Shown here piece after piece: positions 30,937 to 40,094 of a DNA stretch of 64,000 bases. This DNA comes from Candidatus Thorarchaeota archaeon. GTDB taxonomy: Archaea > Asgardarchaeota > Thorarchaeia > Thorarchaeales > Thorarchaeaceae. The notes below the pieces were generated by a model. That model ran no database searches. It saw only the letters and a program-made list of their open reading frames with translations, and was not told where the DNA came from. Every line of letters begins with the position of its first letter. Position 1 is the stretch's first letter. The stretch spans positions 64,001-128,000 of the forward strand of contig DXJO01000046.1 in assembly GCA_019057475.1 (NCBI GenBank), written 5' to 3'. A program made the translations under genes and the position numbers.

Positions 30937-32094
30937 GTGTATGTGGCTTTGAAGCGAGCAGGTATTGCACAACTCAAACTACATCCGGGGAAGGCACCCC
31001 ACTGGCTCGTTAAGCGCATGATGCCAATGGCTGGCGCGCTGTGTGAGTTCATTGTGGATGAATACGGTTCCAAGGAGTTGCTGAGAAGGCTCGCTGATCC
31101 TGTGTATTTCCAAGCCCTCGCAAACGTCCTCGGCTATGACTGGGATTCATCTGGTTCTACAACGGTGACATGTGGAGTGCTCAGGTCTGTGCTAAACTTC
31201 GACCAGCACAATGTGGTCGGAGCTGGAGGTAAGGGACTTATTTCTAGGAAGACTCCCGAGCAGCTCAAGGCACTGGAAGACTATGGACTTGACGGAACCA
31301 AACTCGCTAACATAAGCAAGGCTGTAGCCAAAGTGGACAATGCAGCTGTTCAAGATGGCTACCAGCTCTATCAACATCTGTTCTTTGTGGATGCTGAAGA
31401 GAACTGGACAGTGGTTCAACAGGGCATGGACAACAGTACTAGTGATGCAAGACGCTATCACTGGACCTCAGAGGAAACATCCAGTTTCATTGAAGAACCC
31501 CACACGGGCATGATTTCGGGACAAGTGAAGCCATCCACCCTAGATATGACCTCTAAAAAGTCAGATGAATGCAGGAAGACATCAGTCGACGTTGTGAAGG
31601 AAGAACCACTACGCATCAGAAGACTCTTCCATGATCTCAAGCCGTACGGTGAGAGCTCTCTGATACCATGGCTGGAAGAAGATGGATCAACAGGAAGCCT
31701 CCCCGCCTACAAGGTCATCCCGCATCGAATGAACTGGAATGCAGTGCGCAGGGCATATCAGACTCAACCCTCAAACTATGAAGAACTTCTCTTCATGAAT
31801 GGCATGGGACCTGCAACCATCAGAGGCCTAGCCCTCATTTCAGAGATGATCTTTGGCTCTGAGCCTTCTTGGGCAGACCCAGTGCGGATGACTTTCGCTT
31901 TTGGAGGAAAGGATGGAGTGCCCTTTCCCGTGCCGCGCAAGGATTACGACGATGCGATAGTCTTCATGGAGCAAGCTCTCAACGATGCCAAGATGGGCAG
32001 GCGAGACAAGGTTGTAGGACTCAAGCGACTGAGGAAATTCGCCCCGCCAATCCTTCGGTCAACACGGGAGATAGAACAACAGGCCCTTGCGTGA
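30937..32094 (+). CDS. DUF763-family protein
   Basis: LHPGKAPHWL, GYDWDSSGSTT, AKVDNAAVQDGYQLY, ARRYHW, FGGKDGVPFPV. Confidence 0.92.
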   Translation: MYVALKRAGIAQLKLHPGKAPHWLVKRMMPMAGALCEFIVDEYGSKELLRRLADPVYFQALANVLGYDWDSSGSTTVTCGVLRSVLNFDQHNVVGAGGKGLISRKTPEQLKALEDYGLDGTKLANISKAVAKVDNAAVQDGYQLYQHLFFVDAEENWTVVQQGMDNSTSDARRYHWTSEETSSFIEEPHTGMISGQVKPSTLDMTSKKSDECRKTSVDVVKEEPLRIRRLFHDLKPYGESSLIPWLEEDGSTGSLPAYKVIPHRMNWNAVRRAYQTQPSNYEELLFMNGMGPATIRGLALISEMIFGSEPSWADPVRMTFAFGGKDGVPFPVPRKDYDDAIVFMEQALNDAKMGRRDKVVGLKRLRKFAPPILRSTREIEQQALA

Positions 32095-32140
32095 GAATGA
32101 TACCGAAGAGTACTTTTGAAGGGCCATACGGAACAAGGTT

Positions 32141-32938
32141 ATGCTTGAGTTGGAGCCCTTTGATGACGTAGTCACTGGCATCAAGACCGCTACGGCTCAG
32201 GGTGGGAAGGCCATAATGTGGGCTTACTCCTACAGAGTTGACAACGTCTTCTTCGATGCTGGATGTGCAAACGCAAAGGAGGAACTGCGCTCACATATCA
32301 AAGGAATAGAACGACTTCTTGTTACACACTCGCACGAGGATCATGTTGGCGGATGTTCAGTCTTCGGCCCGGATACTCCGATTCTTGCTCCAGACCTCAC
32401 CATCCCGGTGCTGAAGAGTCCGCCCAACCTCAACGAGTTCTTTCAATACGTATGGGGTCAACCCGAACCTATCGAAGATGTCGAGTTGATGTCTTCACAA
32501 TTCTCGGTAGGTGATCTGGACTTCGAGGTCATCCCCCTCCCAGGACATAGTCAGGACATGGTTGGATTCTATGAGGTTCATAATCGGTGGTTCTTCTCAG
32601 CGGATGGAGTCCCACTGCCCTCCAAGAAACGCCTTGCTATGGATGACGAGAATGTCCCGCAGGCAATTGCAACAATGGAGCGAATCCTCGAACTCGACGT
32701 GGATGTTCTCTTCGACTTCCACAGGGGTCCGATTCGTAACCCGCAACAGTATATCCAGACAAGGATTGACTTTTTGAAAGGGGTTCAGAATCAGGTACGG
32801 GATCTTCACCAAGAGGGAAAGACCATTGAAGAGATACAATCCATCCTGAACTTCGAACCTCCATGGTATATGGACCTAACTGAAGGGAGATTCGGTATCG
32901 ACTATCTCATCAGGTCACTTATCTTCGACCAGCCATGA
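32141..32938 (+). CDS. MBL-fold metallo-hydrolase
   Basis: THSHEDHVGG, PGHSQD, FSAD, FHRG. Confidence 0.9.
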   Translation: MLELEPFDDVVTGIKTATAQGGKAIMWAYSYRVDNVFFDAGCANAKEELRSHIKGIERLLVTHSHEDHVGGCSVFGPDTPILAPDLTIPVLKSPPNLNEFFQYVWGQPEPIEDVELMSSQFSVGDLDFEVIPLPGHSQDMVGFYEVHNRWFFSADGVPLPSKKRLAMDDENVPQAIATMERILELDVDVLFDFHRGPIRNPQQYIQTRIDFLKGVQNQVRDLHQEGKTIEEIQSILNFEPPWYMDLTEGRFGIDYLIRSLIFDQP

Positions 32939-33050
32939 ACCTAGTTGCTGGCCGTTTCAACGTTTATGAGTTGTATCGTCTAACGTATGAATGCATCTCG
33001 TTAAGTTATGCAGGAAGTTTGATGAGATGAAACCAGATTCTCTACTAGCT

Positions 33051-33305
33051 TCAACTCTTCTTTTTCTTGTCGTAGGCTTCCCATGAATCGGCCGCTGAGG
33101 CTGCTCCCTTTGATCTCAGTTCCGCGAGAACGTACTCTCGAATCTCTGAACTCTTCATTGTTGCTTCTGAGCGTTCAGAGAGCGAACTTGCAATCTCGCG
33201 TGCAACCTCGTAGGGAGCACCGCACTTGACAGCACTCACAACAACCTTCTCAGACATGTATATCTCGGTTGATCCATCTCTCTTTTTGATTTCCATAAGT
33301 CCCAT
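33051..33305 (-). CDS. Stand-alone ATP-cone domain protein
   Basis: IKKRDGSTE...KV..S..K.GA...SSEIREYVL.EL. True start is 33305 or 33296; the longer 211-aa track ORF overlaps the TPR gene. Confidence 0.85.
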   Translation of the reverse strand: MGLMEIKKRDGSTEIYMSEKVVVSAVKCGAPYEVAREIASSLSERSEATMKSSEIREYVLAELRSKGAASAADSWEAYDKKKKS

Positions 33306-33447
33306 CTTCTTGAGTAGAAATTGATGAAATAAGACTCGTCCAATACATACCAAAGTTCTCAGATAAACAATTGGACACCTATTGCAGGAGTCAAAATGTG
33401 ACAAAACTGCCGAAGAAACCGATGATTTTGCAATAAGGGACTGATCC

Positions 33448-34629
33448 TCATCGAGAGCCTTTTCGTTTCTTCCGTCGTGCCTCAAGTCGGTCGTCAAATC
33501 GTCGAGTAGACTTCTCTTTCTCTCTCTGAGCCTTTGCCGCCTTCTTCTGGCGCGCGCAGTTGATTCTGGCCGCCCGTCCGAGATTCCTGACCCGCTCGAC
33601 CTCTTTGTCGTTGCCCCGCTTCCGGTACAGCTTGCGAGCGCGATCCCACGCCTCGAAAGCGGAACAGAAGTCATCAAGACGCGCATATGTTACGGCTTGT
33701 GCATCGAAGATATCAGGATCTCTCTTTGAGAGTGCTGTGACTCGGTTCCACGCAGCGGAGGCTTCATTCCACTCCTCCAGTTCCATGCTGGTGAAACCGA
33801 GGTTACGCCATGCGGACAGATGGTCCTTCTTTCTTATCGTGGCTCTCTTGAAATGCTTTATCGCATCGCGTGGATTGCCCGACCTGTACGAAACCATTCC
33901 CAATGTGTTCTCTATTGAGGCATCATGCGGGTCTATCTCTGCCGCCTTCTTTAGCGCCTTCACTGCTGACTTGTATTTCCCGGCGCGGAGGTTCACATCC
34001 CCAAGTATTTTCCAAGCCTGGATGTCGTCAGGCGCCAGCTTCGTCGCATCCTGCACCGACTTGGTCGCCTCTTTCCACTTCTCCATCATTGAGAGGGCAA
34101 TAGCGCGATGAATGAGAGCAGGCACAAGATTCGGGTCCAGTTGTAGAGCCTTGTCGTAGTTACTGACAGCAAAACCGAATTGGCCCTCCTCAAGAGTTAT
34201 GTCGCCCATTCGCATCCATATACGCCACTCTTTGGGGTTTAGTTTCACGAGCGCCCTGTAACAAGCCAGCTCCTCGTTTGTTCTCCCCAAGGCCCGGAGA
34301 GCAGAGGCCTTGTCATATAGAGCCATACCATTTTTCGGCTCAATCCTCAATGCACGATCAAGGGACTTCAGTGCCTCGTGTGCCTTGTCAGGGCCCAAAG
34401 CCAACAATACGCGGCCTCTGTTAACATGTGCCTCTGTCAGATCAGGATTCAAGCGAATGGCTCGATCAAGACTCCGAAGAGCGTCTCCGAATGACTCCAT
34501 CTTTGCTAGAAGGACTCCCTTACTGTTCCAAGCTGATGCATCGTCTGGATTCGCCTCTAGATGTGCATCTACTGCTCGGAGAGACTCTTCAAACGAAGGC
34601 ATAGGAACCATGATAGATTCTAGGTGCAC
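33448..34629 (-). CDS. Tetratricopeptide-repeat protein
   Basis: About 9 TPR motifs (AWNSKGVLL..., AHVNRGRVL..., ALIHRAIAL...). Confidence 0.92.
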   Translation of the reverse strand: MHLESIMVPMPSFEESLRAVDAHLEANPDDASAWNSKGVLLAKMESFGDALRSLDRAIRLNPDLTEAHVNRGRVLLALGPDKAHEALKSLDRALRIEPKNGMALYDKASALRALGRTNEELACYRALVKLNPKEWRIWMRMGDITLEEGQFGFAVSNYDKALQLDPNLVPALIHRAIALSMMEKWKEATKSVQDATKLAPDDIQAWKILGDVNLRAGKYKSAVKALKKAAEIDPHDASIENTLGMVSYRSGNPRDAIKHFKRATIRKKDHLSAWRNLGFTSMELEEWNEASAAWNRVTALSKRDPDIFDAQAVTYARLDDFCSAFEAWDRARKLYRKRGNDKEVERVRNLGRAARINCARQKKAAKAQREKEKSTRRFDDRLEARRKKRKGSR

Positions 34630-34702
34630 GCAGAAAAAGGTTCAGCTGATGACCTGGCTTTCACCCATAACGATAAAGGTGTGTAACCGACCTGCGTCAA
34701 CC

Positions 34703-35449
34703 ATGAAGCCAGACCGGCTTGTGACAGGTTTCCTATTGTTTGTAATCACACTTGCTGCAGTTGCACCCATATCAGCACAGCAAAATCATACATTGGAATG
34801 GGGTGTGGAAGTCGGAGAGGAGTTCACTTACGTACTGCAAAGGAAACTGGTTGATGCCGCATGGGAGCAAAATATGAATAATCTGATTCCGTTTCTCGCC
34901 TATCTTGACGAAGGACAGAAAATACTCGCATCCGTTGAGGAGCTCTACGGGATACCAACGGAGATTGACTCAAGTAATCTTCCCACATCTAGTTGGACCT
35001 TGGTCAGAGAGAACGATTCAGACATCATCTCCGATGGCATCAGTGGGTTTGCATTCCCGATTGGGGACTGGGATGTCCTTGGTGAAGCATTCAATGTAAC
35101 CGGAATTGCAGGAATGACCCTGATTGACACTGACGAGGAATGGGGAACAATCCTGTCAGGCCCCTTAGAGGGAAGCTCGTATACTGAGATATACCATGAG
35201 CAGAGATACGAGAAGGAGAATGGCACTCAAGTATATCTGCGTTGGACAATCAGCTATGCAGGTAACAGAGTAGTTGATGTCGTCTTCGCCCAGTGGCATC
35301 CGGGCATGCCAACAGTCCTTCCGGCAGAGCTGGAGATAACAACAATTCTTCTTGCTGGACTCGGAGTTGCGATTGCTATCATTGTGGGAGTACTCGCTTA
35401 CAAGAGAGTCAAGAGTCGGAAGTCCCTGATGCAGAAACTCGGCGAGTAG
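34703..35449 (+). CDS. Secreted/membrane-anchored hypothetical protein
   Basis: Signal peptide from ATG 34703 (MKPDRLVTGFLLF), LEWGVEVGEEFTY, C-terminal TM helix with basic tail. Confidence 0.8.
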   Translation: MKPDRLVTGFLLFVITLAAVAPISAQQNHTLEWGVEVGEEFTYVLQRKLVDAAWEQNMNNLIPFLAYLDEGQKILASVEELYGIPTEIDSSNLPTSSWTLVRENDSDIISDGISGFAFPIGDWDVLGEAFNVTGIAGMTLIDTDEEWGTILSGPLEGSSYTEIYHEQRYEKENGTQVYLRWTISYAGNRVVDVVFAQWHPGMPTVLPAELEITTILLAGLGVAIAIIVGVLAYKRVKSRKSLMQKLGE

Positions 35450-35517
35450 GCTGGCTGTCAGATTGCTGTTCTGTAAAGCGTTAAATGCATAGTTATCTTC
35501 CTTAGGGGATAATCTCG

Positions 35518-35871
35518 GTGATTGTCGTGAAACCAGAGTCCGAAGAAATCAGGAGAGTAAAATGTAGAGGTGACGACAGCGTCACCAGTTTCAGTGTGGG
35601 CGAAGAGTTCCGCTATAAGTTTCATCGACACGGGTCGGTTGGTGAAGACGCCACATTTAAGATAGAAAACACCGGAATCATATCACACGAGAGAACTGAA
35701 ACAGAGTACCTGCACCCTGAGAAGATGAAACCAGGGATGACCGGAGGGGACGCTGAGAGGGGGATGTGGTACTTTAAGGCAATCGCGCCGGGTGATACTA
35801 CTCTAACGATTCTTGAGGTGTTCCGTGGGGAAACAGAGAGCCGTTGCGTTATGAAATTGGAAGTTGAGTGA
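35518..35871 (+). CDS. Chagasin/I42 protease-inhibitor-like Ig-fold protein
   Basis: VGEEF, G..GG....WYFKAIAPGDTTLT pattern. Confidence 0.55.
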   Translation: MIVVKPESEEIRRVKCRGDDSVTSFSVGEEFRYKFHRHGSVGEDATFKIENTGIISHERTETEYLHPEKMKPGMTGGDAERGMWYFKAIAPGDTTLTILEVFRGETESRCVMKLEVE

Positions 35872-35890
35872 AACCACTCTGCCATATTCA

Positions 35891-36658
35891 TCATGTGGAT
35901 TTGCTGCCCCAGATGAAAGTGTATCCCGGTGCGTATTCCAGACGATCTCCTGCAGCGTACGCAGCTCGCAGTTCCTTCAGCCCTTCTTGATAATCTGCCT
36001 CGCTGATTTTGTGAAGCATCGAGTATCCTTTCTTCTCAACCGTTTCCAAGTACTCATCTCCAAGAGGAATTCGTGCGAAGGTGAACGGCTTCGAGCGAAC
36101 ATTGGTGAAACCAGCCGCTCGTAGGTGTTTCTTAGCCACCTCAATATCCGGGTACCTGCCCTTGTCGATCTTAGCTGTAACAGGGAAGAATCGCGTGGTC
36201 ATACGGTGGTCTATCTGTTCGTGAGATTGTGTGGCAATGCAGAATTCACCACTTGCTCGCAACACACGAAATGTTTCGTTTATCATCGGAGGAACGTCTG
36301 CCAAGTGATGAAGCACCTCTGTCATAAATACCAAATCAAAGGTCACGTTTCCGAACGGTAGATGGTTGGCTGAAGCATAAGCGAGATGGATCTCAGACGC
36401 TTTCTTTTTGGCCTCATGCAGCATGCCGGATGAGAGATCAATCCCCACTACTCGAGCGTGAGTAGTCCGAGAAACAAGGAGCGTGTTGTTCGCTGTGCCA
36501 CATCCGATATCCAGGATAATCGAGTTCCGGCCTAGGGGGACTTCACGCAGTATCTGGTGCATCATCTTTGGGTCGCTGGTTCGAACCTGATCGTAGACCT
36601 TGGCTACCTTGTCATAATCGACATTCTTGGTTCCAGTGAGGTCTGTTCTTCGTGACAT
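35891..36658 (-). CDS. Class I SAM-dependent methyltransferase (UbiE-like)
   Basis: LDIGCGT, GIDLSSGML, LPF...FDLV, RVLR. Confidence 0.9.
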   Translation of the reverse strand: MSRRTDLTGTKNVDYDKVAKVYDQVRTSDPKMMHQILREVPLGRNSIILDIGCGTANNTLLVSRTTHARVVGIDLSSGMLHEAKKKASEIHLAYASANHLPFGNVTFDLVFMTEVLHHLADVPPMINETFRVLRASGEFCIATQSHEQIDHRMTTRFFPVTAKIDKGRYPDIEVAKKHLRAAGFTNVRSKPFTFARIPLGDEYLETVEKKGYSMLHKISEADYQEGLKELRAAYAAGDRLEYAPGYTFIWGSKST

Positions 36659-36849
36659 ACTGCACTACAGCTCCATGAATGGCTCGGATTTGCAGAGGCC
36701 TCAATCCTACATATTACATCTTGTGGCGGATGAACAATCGGAATATCTGACGAGCGGCAGCGCATTCCTAACCATGCGAAGTACCTATAAGCAACTCCCA
36801 TTCCAGACCGGCCAGCTAAGCATGATACAACATGCAGAGGTAGTTCAAG

Positions 36850-38088
36850 ATGCACTTCGAAGAGACTGACGAAGAAAAGATGTTCCGCGAGATGGTGCAC
36901 GACTTTGCCCAAAAGTACGTAGCCCCCGCTTGGCGGGACTATGATAAGAACCACGAGATCCCCCGTGCGCTCATCAAGAAGATGGCCGAGCATAACCTCT
37001 GGGCACCTACGGTCGCAGAGGAGTACGGTGGAGCCAATATCTCGATGACAATGGCTTGCATCGCGGCAGAGGAGCTCGCTAGAGCAGACCTCTCAATTGC
37101 GTTGCCTGTCATGTACCTGGTCGAGGCTTCATGGGCATTCATCTTTGACATGTACGGCACTGACGAGGCAAAGAGCGAGCTTCTACCACGAGTCACCAAG
37201 GGTGACCTGTTCTTTGGTATCGCCACAACCGAGCCAACCGGAGGTTCAGACCTCGTTAATGTGACAAAGACAATTATCAAGCCAAAGGGTGACGGCTTCG
37301 TTGTTAACGGTGAAAAGGTCTACATCAGCGGCATTGCTGAAGCGGAGCAGTACGGCGGTGTCTACTGGACCCTGGCTAAGTCTGACCCCAAGGGCGACCA
37401 CAAGGCATTCGATGCGTTCATTCTCCCATTCAATATGGGCGACGGCCTCCATCCAGGCATCACCACCACACTGTTCGAGGACATGGGTAGGATGGGTGTT
37501 TCCACTGGTGGCTTCAATATGGAGAACATCGAGATTCCCAAGCATTACATGATTGGCGAGCGCGATAGAGGATTCTACATGGCGATGGAAGGTTTCTCCG
37601 CAGCTAGAGTACTCATTGGTGCTACATGCCTTGGGTCCGCCGAGGGCGCCTTCGACATTGGTTGCGATTACGTCAAGCAGCGCAAGCAGTTCGGTCGACC
37701 ACTGGCATCCTTCGAGGGCATTATGTTCGAGGCTGTTGACTCCTGGATGCAGCTCCAGGCAGACAGGCTTCTCGTCTACAAGGCCGCCTACATCATGGAC
37801 CAGCACTATCGCGAAAAGAATCCCAGCTATTCGAAGCTCGACATTGCTAAGTTCACAGCGGCTGCGAAGTTCAGAGCTCCTCATGACGCTCTAGATATCA
37901 TCACTCGCGCCATGACGTGGCATGGAGCATTTGGATACACCAAGGAGTGCCCACTTGAGGCAGCGTACCGGGGCGTACGGTCATACACTGTCGGTGCAGA
38001 GGGCGGATCTTTGGTGCAAAAGATAGTCATGGGCAGGGAAATTTTCGGTCCTGAGTATCTCCCGTACCGGCAAGAGAAGCAGAAGTAG
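36850..38088 (+). CDS. acd: Acyl-CoA dehydrogenase; its 3' end is the template of the downstream repeat array
   Basis: EEYGG, TEPTGGSD, NGEKVYIS, RKQFGRPL, HGAFGY, EGG. Confidence 0.95.
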   Translation: MHFEETDEEKMFREMVHDFAQKYVAPAWRDYDKNHEIPRALIKKMAEHNLWAPTVAEEYGGANISMTMACIAAEELARADLSIALPVMYLVEASWAFIFDMYGTDEAKSELLPRVTKGDLFFGIATTEPTGGSDLVNVTKTIIKPKGDGFVVNGEKVYISGIAEAEQYGGVYWTLAKSDPKGDHKAFDAFILPFNMGDGLHPGITTTLFEDMGRMGVSTGGFNMENIEIPKHYMIGERDRGFYMAMEGFSAARVLIGATCLGSAEGAFDIGCDYVKQRKQFGRPLASFEGIMFEAVDSWMQLQADRLLVYKAAYIMDQHYREKNPSYSKLDIAKFTAAAKFRAPHDALDIITRAMTWHGAFGYTKECPLEAAYRGVRSYTVGAEGGSLVQKIVMGREIFGPEYLPYRQEKQK

Positions 38089-38190
38089 TTCTCATTCTGG
38101 TTTGAGAAAGGCACGCCCTCTCTCCAGCTCTCTTTTTTCTCACCCACCCCAGTACCAATCCTCCTCAATACGATAAGTTACATAATGCGC
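38020..38190 (+). repeat. R0: resident acd 3' end (KIVMGREIFGPEYLPYRQEKQK*) plus downstream hairpin and pyrimidine tract
   Basis: aagatagtcatgggcagggaaattttcggtcctgagtatctcccgtaccggcaagagaagcagaagtagttctcattctggtttgagaaaggcacgccctctctc. Confidence 0.95.
38103..38140 (+). terminator. Putative acd terminator: GAGAAAGG/CCTCTCTC hairpin followed by a T-rich tract
   Basis: Imperfect inverted repeat ~15 bp after the stop, followed by ctctcttttttct; conserved in most repeat copies. Confidence 0.6.
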
Positions 38191-38503
38191 TCCTTTTATC
38201 AAATCGAACAAGGAACATCGATTGAGCGCTCAGGGATTCAGGTTTCAGTTGTTTCCAGCGCCAGAACGTCGCATCAAGAAGCGTCGGCAGAAGATTGCTG
38301 TCATTAACGAGGAGCTTGATTTGAGGGAAATCTGGTTTGAGATTGGGCCTAGGAGAGTGGTTCAGGCAGACTTATGACAGCCCTTTAGAGAAACGAAAGA
38401 AGGAGCATTGGCTCAAGACCATGGCGCTAGTCTATGACTAGTCATTGAAGCTGAACCATAGAATTATAGATTCTCCTTGTCAATGGAAAACAGGTGACCT
38501 CAA

Positions 38504-39112
38504 GTGCCATGGAAGGTCTATCGAGCGCATAAGATACGCAAGGAGCCTGTAGATTGCGATTTCGAGGGAACCATTGTTGATCTCGAAACTATCGGGCCAT
38601 TCACCCCTGTGTCATCACGTAGGCTTGAATTCGGTCAAGATTTCATCCGAAAATATCAGAGAATCAAAGTGACGACCGTTGGTACCCTCTCTGACGGTGT
38701 ACTTCAGATAGCTATTGCACTGGGACCGGAACACTTGGATAAGTTTGGGAAGAAGGTATTTTCAATTGTGTCGCGGTCAGACCGCCCGCTTTACGCCTTT
38801 AACAAGCCGTTTGAAGAGGGATGTCTTTTCTGGATTTCCAAGAATATATTGAGTTTTGAGAATGAGCTTCAGGCATTCTCTCGGGAGAATAAGGAACGAG
38901 CCGTCCAACAACTGAAGATTCCGAGCTACAACGACCCGTATAGAGGACAGGGTAAGAAGTGCGTCGATGCCTTCATCAAAGGGGATCTAGAGAATATTGC
39001 CAAGCATAACCGGGCTTGTTTGTTAAAGGAGCGTGACATCCTCAGGATTCGAGGTGCACGCACGATGCAGACCAAATGGTTAGATATTGACAAACTCGGT
39101 CTGTCTAGTTGA
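38504..39112 (+). CDS. Predicted RNase H/DnaQ-like fold protein
   Basis: IVDLETIG, LYAFNKPFE, IAKHNRACLLKE resemble DEDD/RNase_H_2-like motifs. Confidence 0.55.
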   Translation: MPWKVYRAHKIRKEPVDCDFEGTIVDLETIGPFTPVSSRRLEFGQDFIRKYQRIKVTTVGTLSDGVLQIAIALGPEHLDKFGKKVFSIVSRSDRPLYAFNKPFEEGCLFWISKNILSFENELQAFSRENKERAVQQLKIPSYNDPYRGQGKKCVDAFIKGDLENIAKHNRACLLKERDILRIRGARTMQTKWLDIDKLGLSS

Positions 39113-39225
39113 TAATCAGAACACGAAGATATTCCAATGCTTCCTTTGAGAAGGTCCTACTCTGCAAGAGTCCTGCCTCCTTCAATGATAATCTATAAAG
39201 ACAAGAGGTTCCTGCTACTGAATGG

Positions 39226-39558
39226 ATGAGAACGACTGATTGGATGAACACGAAACGGCTTCTCTGGTGGCTGATTGCTGGCACACGAGGTGGAGTAAAC
39301 CGTGCCAGAATCATAAATCTCCTACACGAGAGGCCGTATAATGCCAATCAACTCGCAAAGCTTCTAAGACTTGACTACAAGACAGTCAGGCATCATCTTG
39401 CCTTCTTGATGAAGCACGAGGTTATCGTACAGCAGGGGGAAGGGTACGGTTCAGTCTACTATCTGTTTAGTGAGATTGACGCGAGCTTCGAGAGCTTCAG
39501 AGAGATTTGGGCACAAATTGGGAAAAGTGGTAAAGGTGGTAATGTTGACACAGAATGA
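39226..39558 (+). CDS. Winged helix-turn-helix (ArsR-like) regulator
   Basis: LLWWLIAGTRGG.NRARII, PYNANQLA..L.LDYKTVRHHL, YG..Y. Confidence 0.9.
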   Translation: MRTTDWMNTKRLLWWLIAGTRGGVNRARIINLLHERPYNANQLAKLLRLDYKTVRHHLAFLMKHEVIVQQGEGYGSVYYLFSEIDASFESFREIWAQIGKSGKGGNVDTE

Positions 39559-39562
39559 TGGA

Positions 39563-39991
39563 ATGAAGGACAAGAAGACAACAGTGATTCTAACTGTCAC
39601 TGTGGTGGCCATAGTAGCAGCAGCCATAGGTTTAGTGCTCTCTACACTCATACTTCCACCTCCCCAGATACCACCTCCACCGATTCCAGAGCCAGACCGT
39701 GTTCTAATGGACATCTACCTGAAGGTCAAGACTATGATTTCTTTGGTGAACGTCGTCCTCATTATCTCGTTGATGTCAATCTACTATAGCATCTATCGTC
39801 AGATCAAATCCAACTTCACTATGGGACTCATCCTCGTCATGCTAATTCTCCTTATGTACGCTCTCACCTCAAACCCACTCATTCACGTTGCATTCGGTTA
39901 TCAGGTCCAGGGGCTAGGCCCATTTGCTATGGTGCCGGATATTTTCACGACCTTCGCGCTTGGTGTGCTTCTGTACATCAGTCTCGACTAA
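39563..39991 (+). CDS. Small membrane protein (4 TM) with Pro-rich loop
   Basis: Hydrophobic segments; directly follows the wHTH gene; start at 39542 or 39563. Confidence 0.8.
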   Translation: MKDKKTTVILTVTVVAIVAAAIGLVLSTLILPPPQIPPPPIPEPDRVLMDIYLKVKTMISLVNVVLIISLMSIYYSIYRQIKSNFTMGLILVMLILLMYALTSNPLIHVAFGYQVQGLGPFAMVPDIFTTFALGVLLYISLD

Positions 39992-40094
39992 CATGAAACT
40001 GAGGAGATTCGGGCATAATCCGGAGAGATTTCGGCAAATCAGTATATACCATTCCTGTATTCTTTCTCCTGCCATGACGACTGAAGAATGCTCT

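Noticed and set aside
33306-34702. Long N-terminal extensions of track ORFs 33051-33686 and 34310-35449
   Set aside because: Both overlap the TPR gene; the real starts are about 33305 and 34703.
38322-38342. gagggaaatctggtttgaga as a collapsed repeat copy
   Set aside because: It resembles fused left and right parts of the repeat but is too short to distinguish from chance by eye.
39125-39170. Possible highly decayed repeat between the nuclease-like and wHTH genes; similar weak matches near 40020 and 48143-48172
   Set aside because: Only scattered short matches; a profile-HMM score would be needed.
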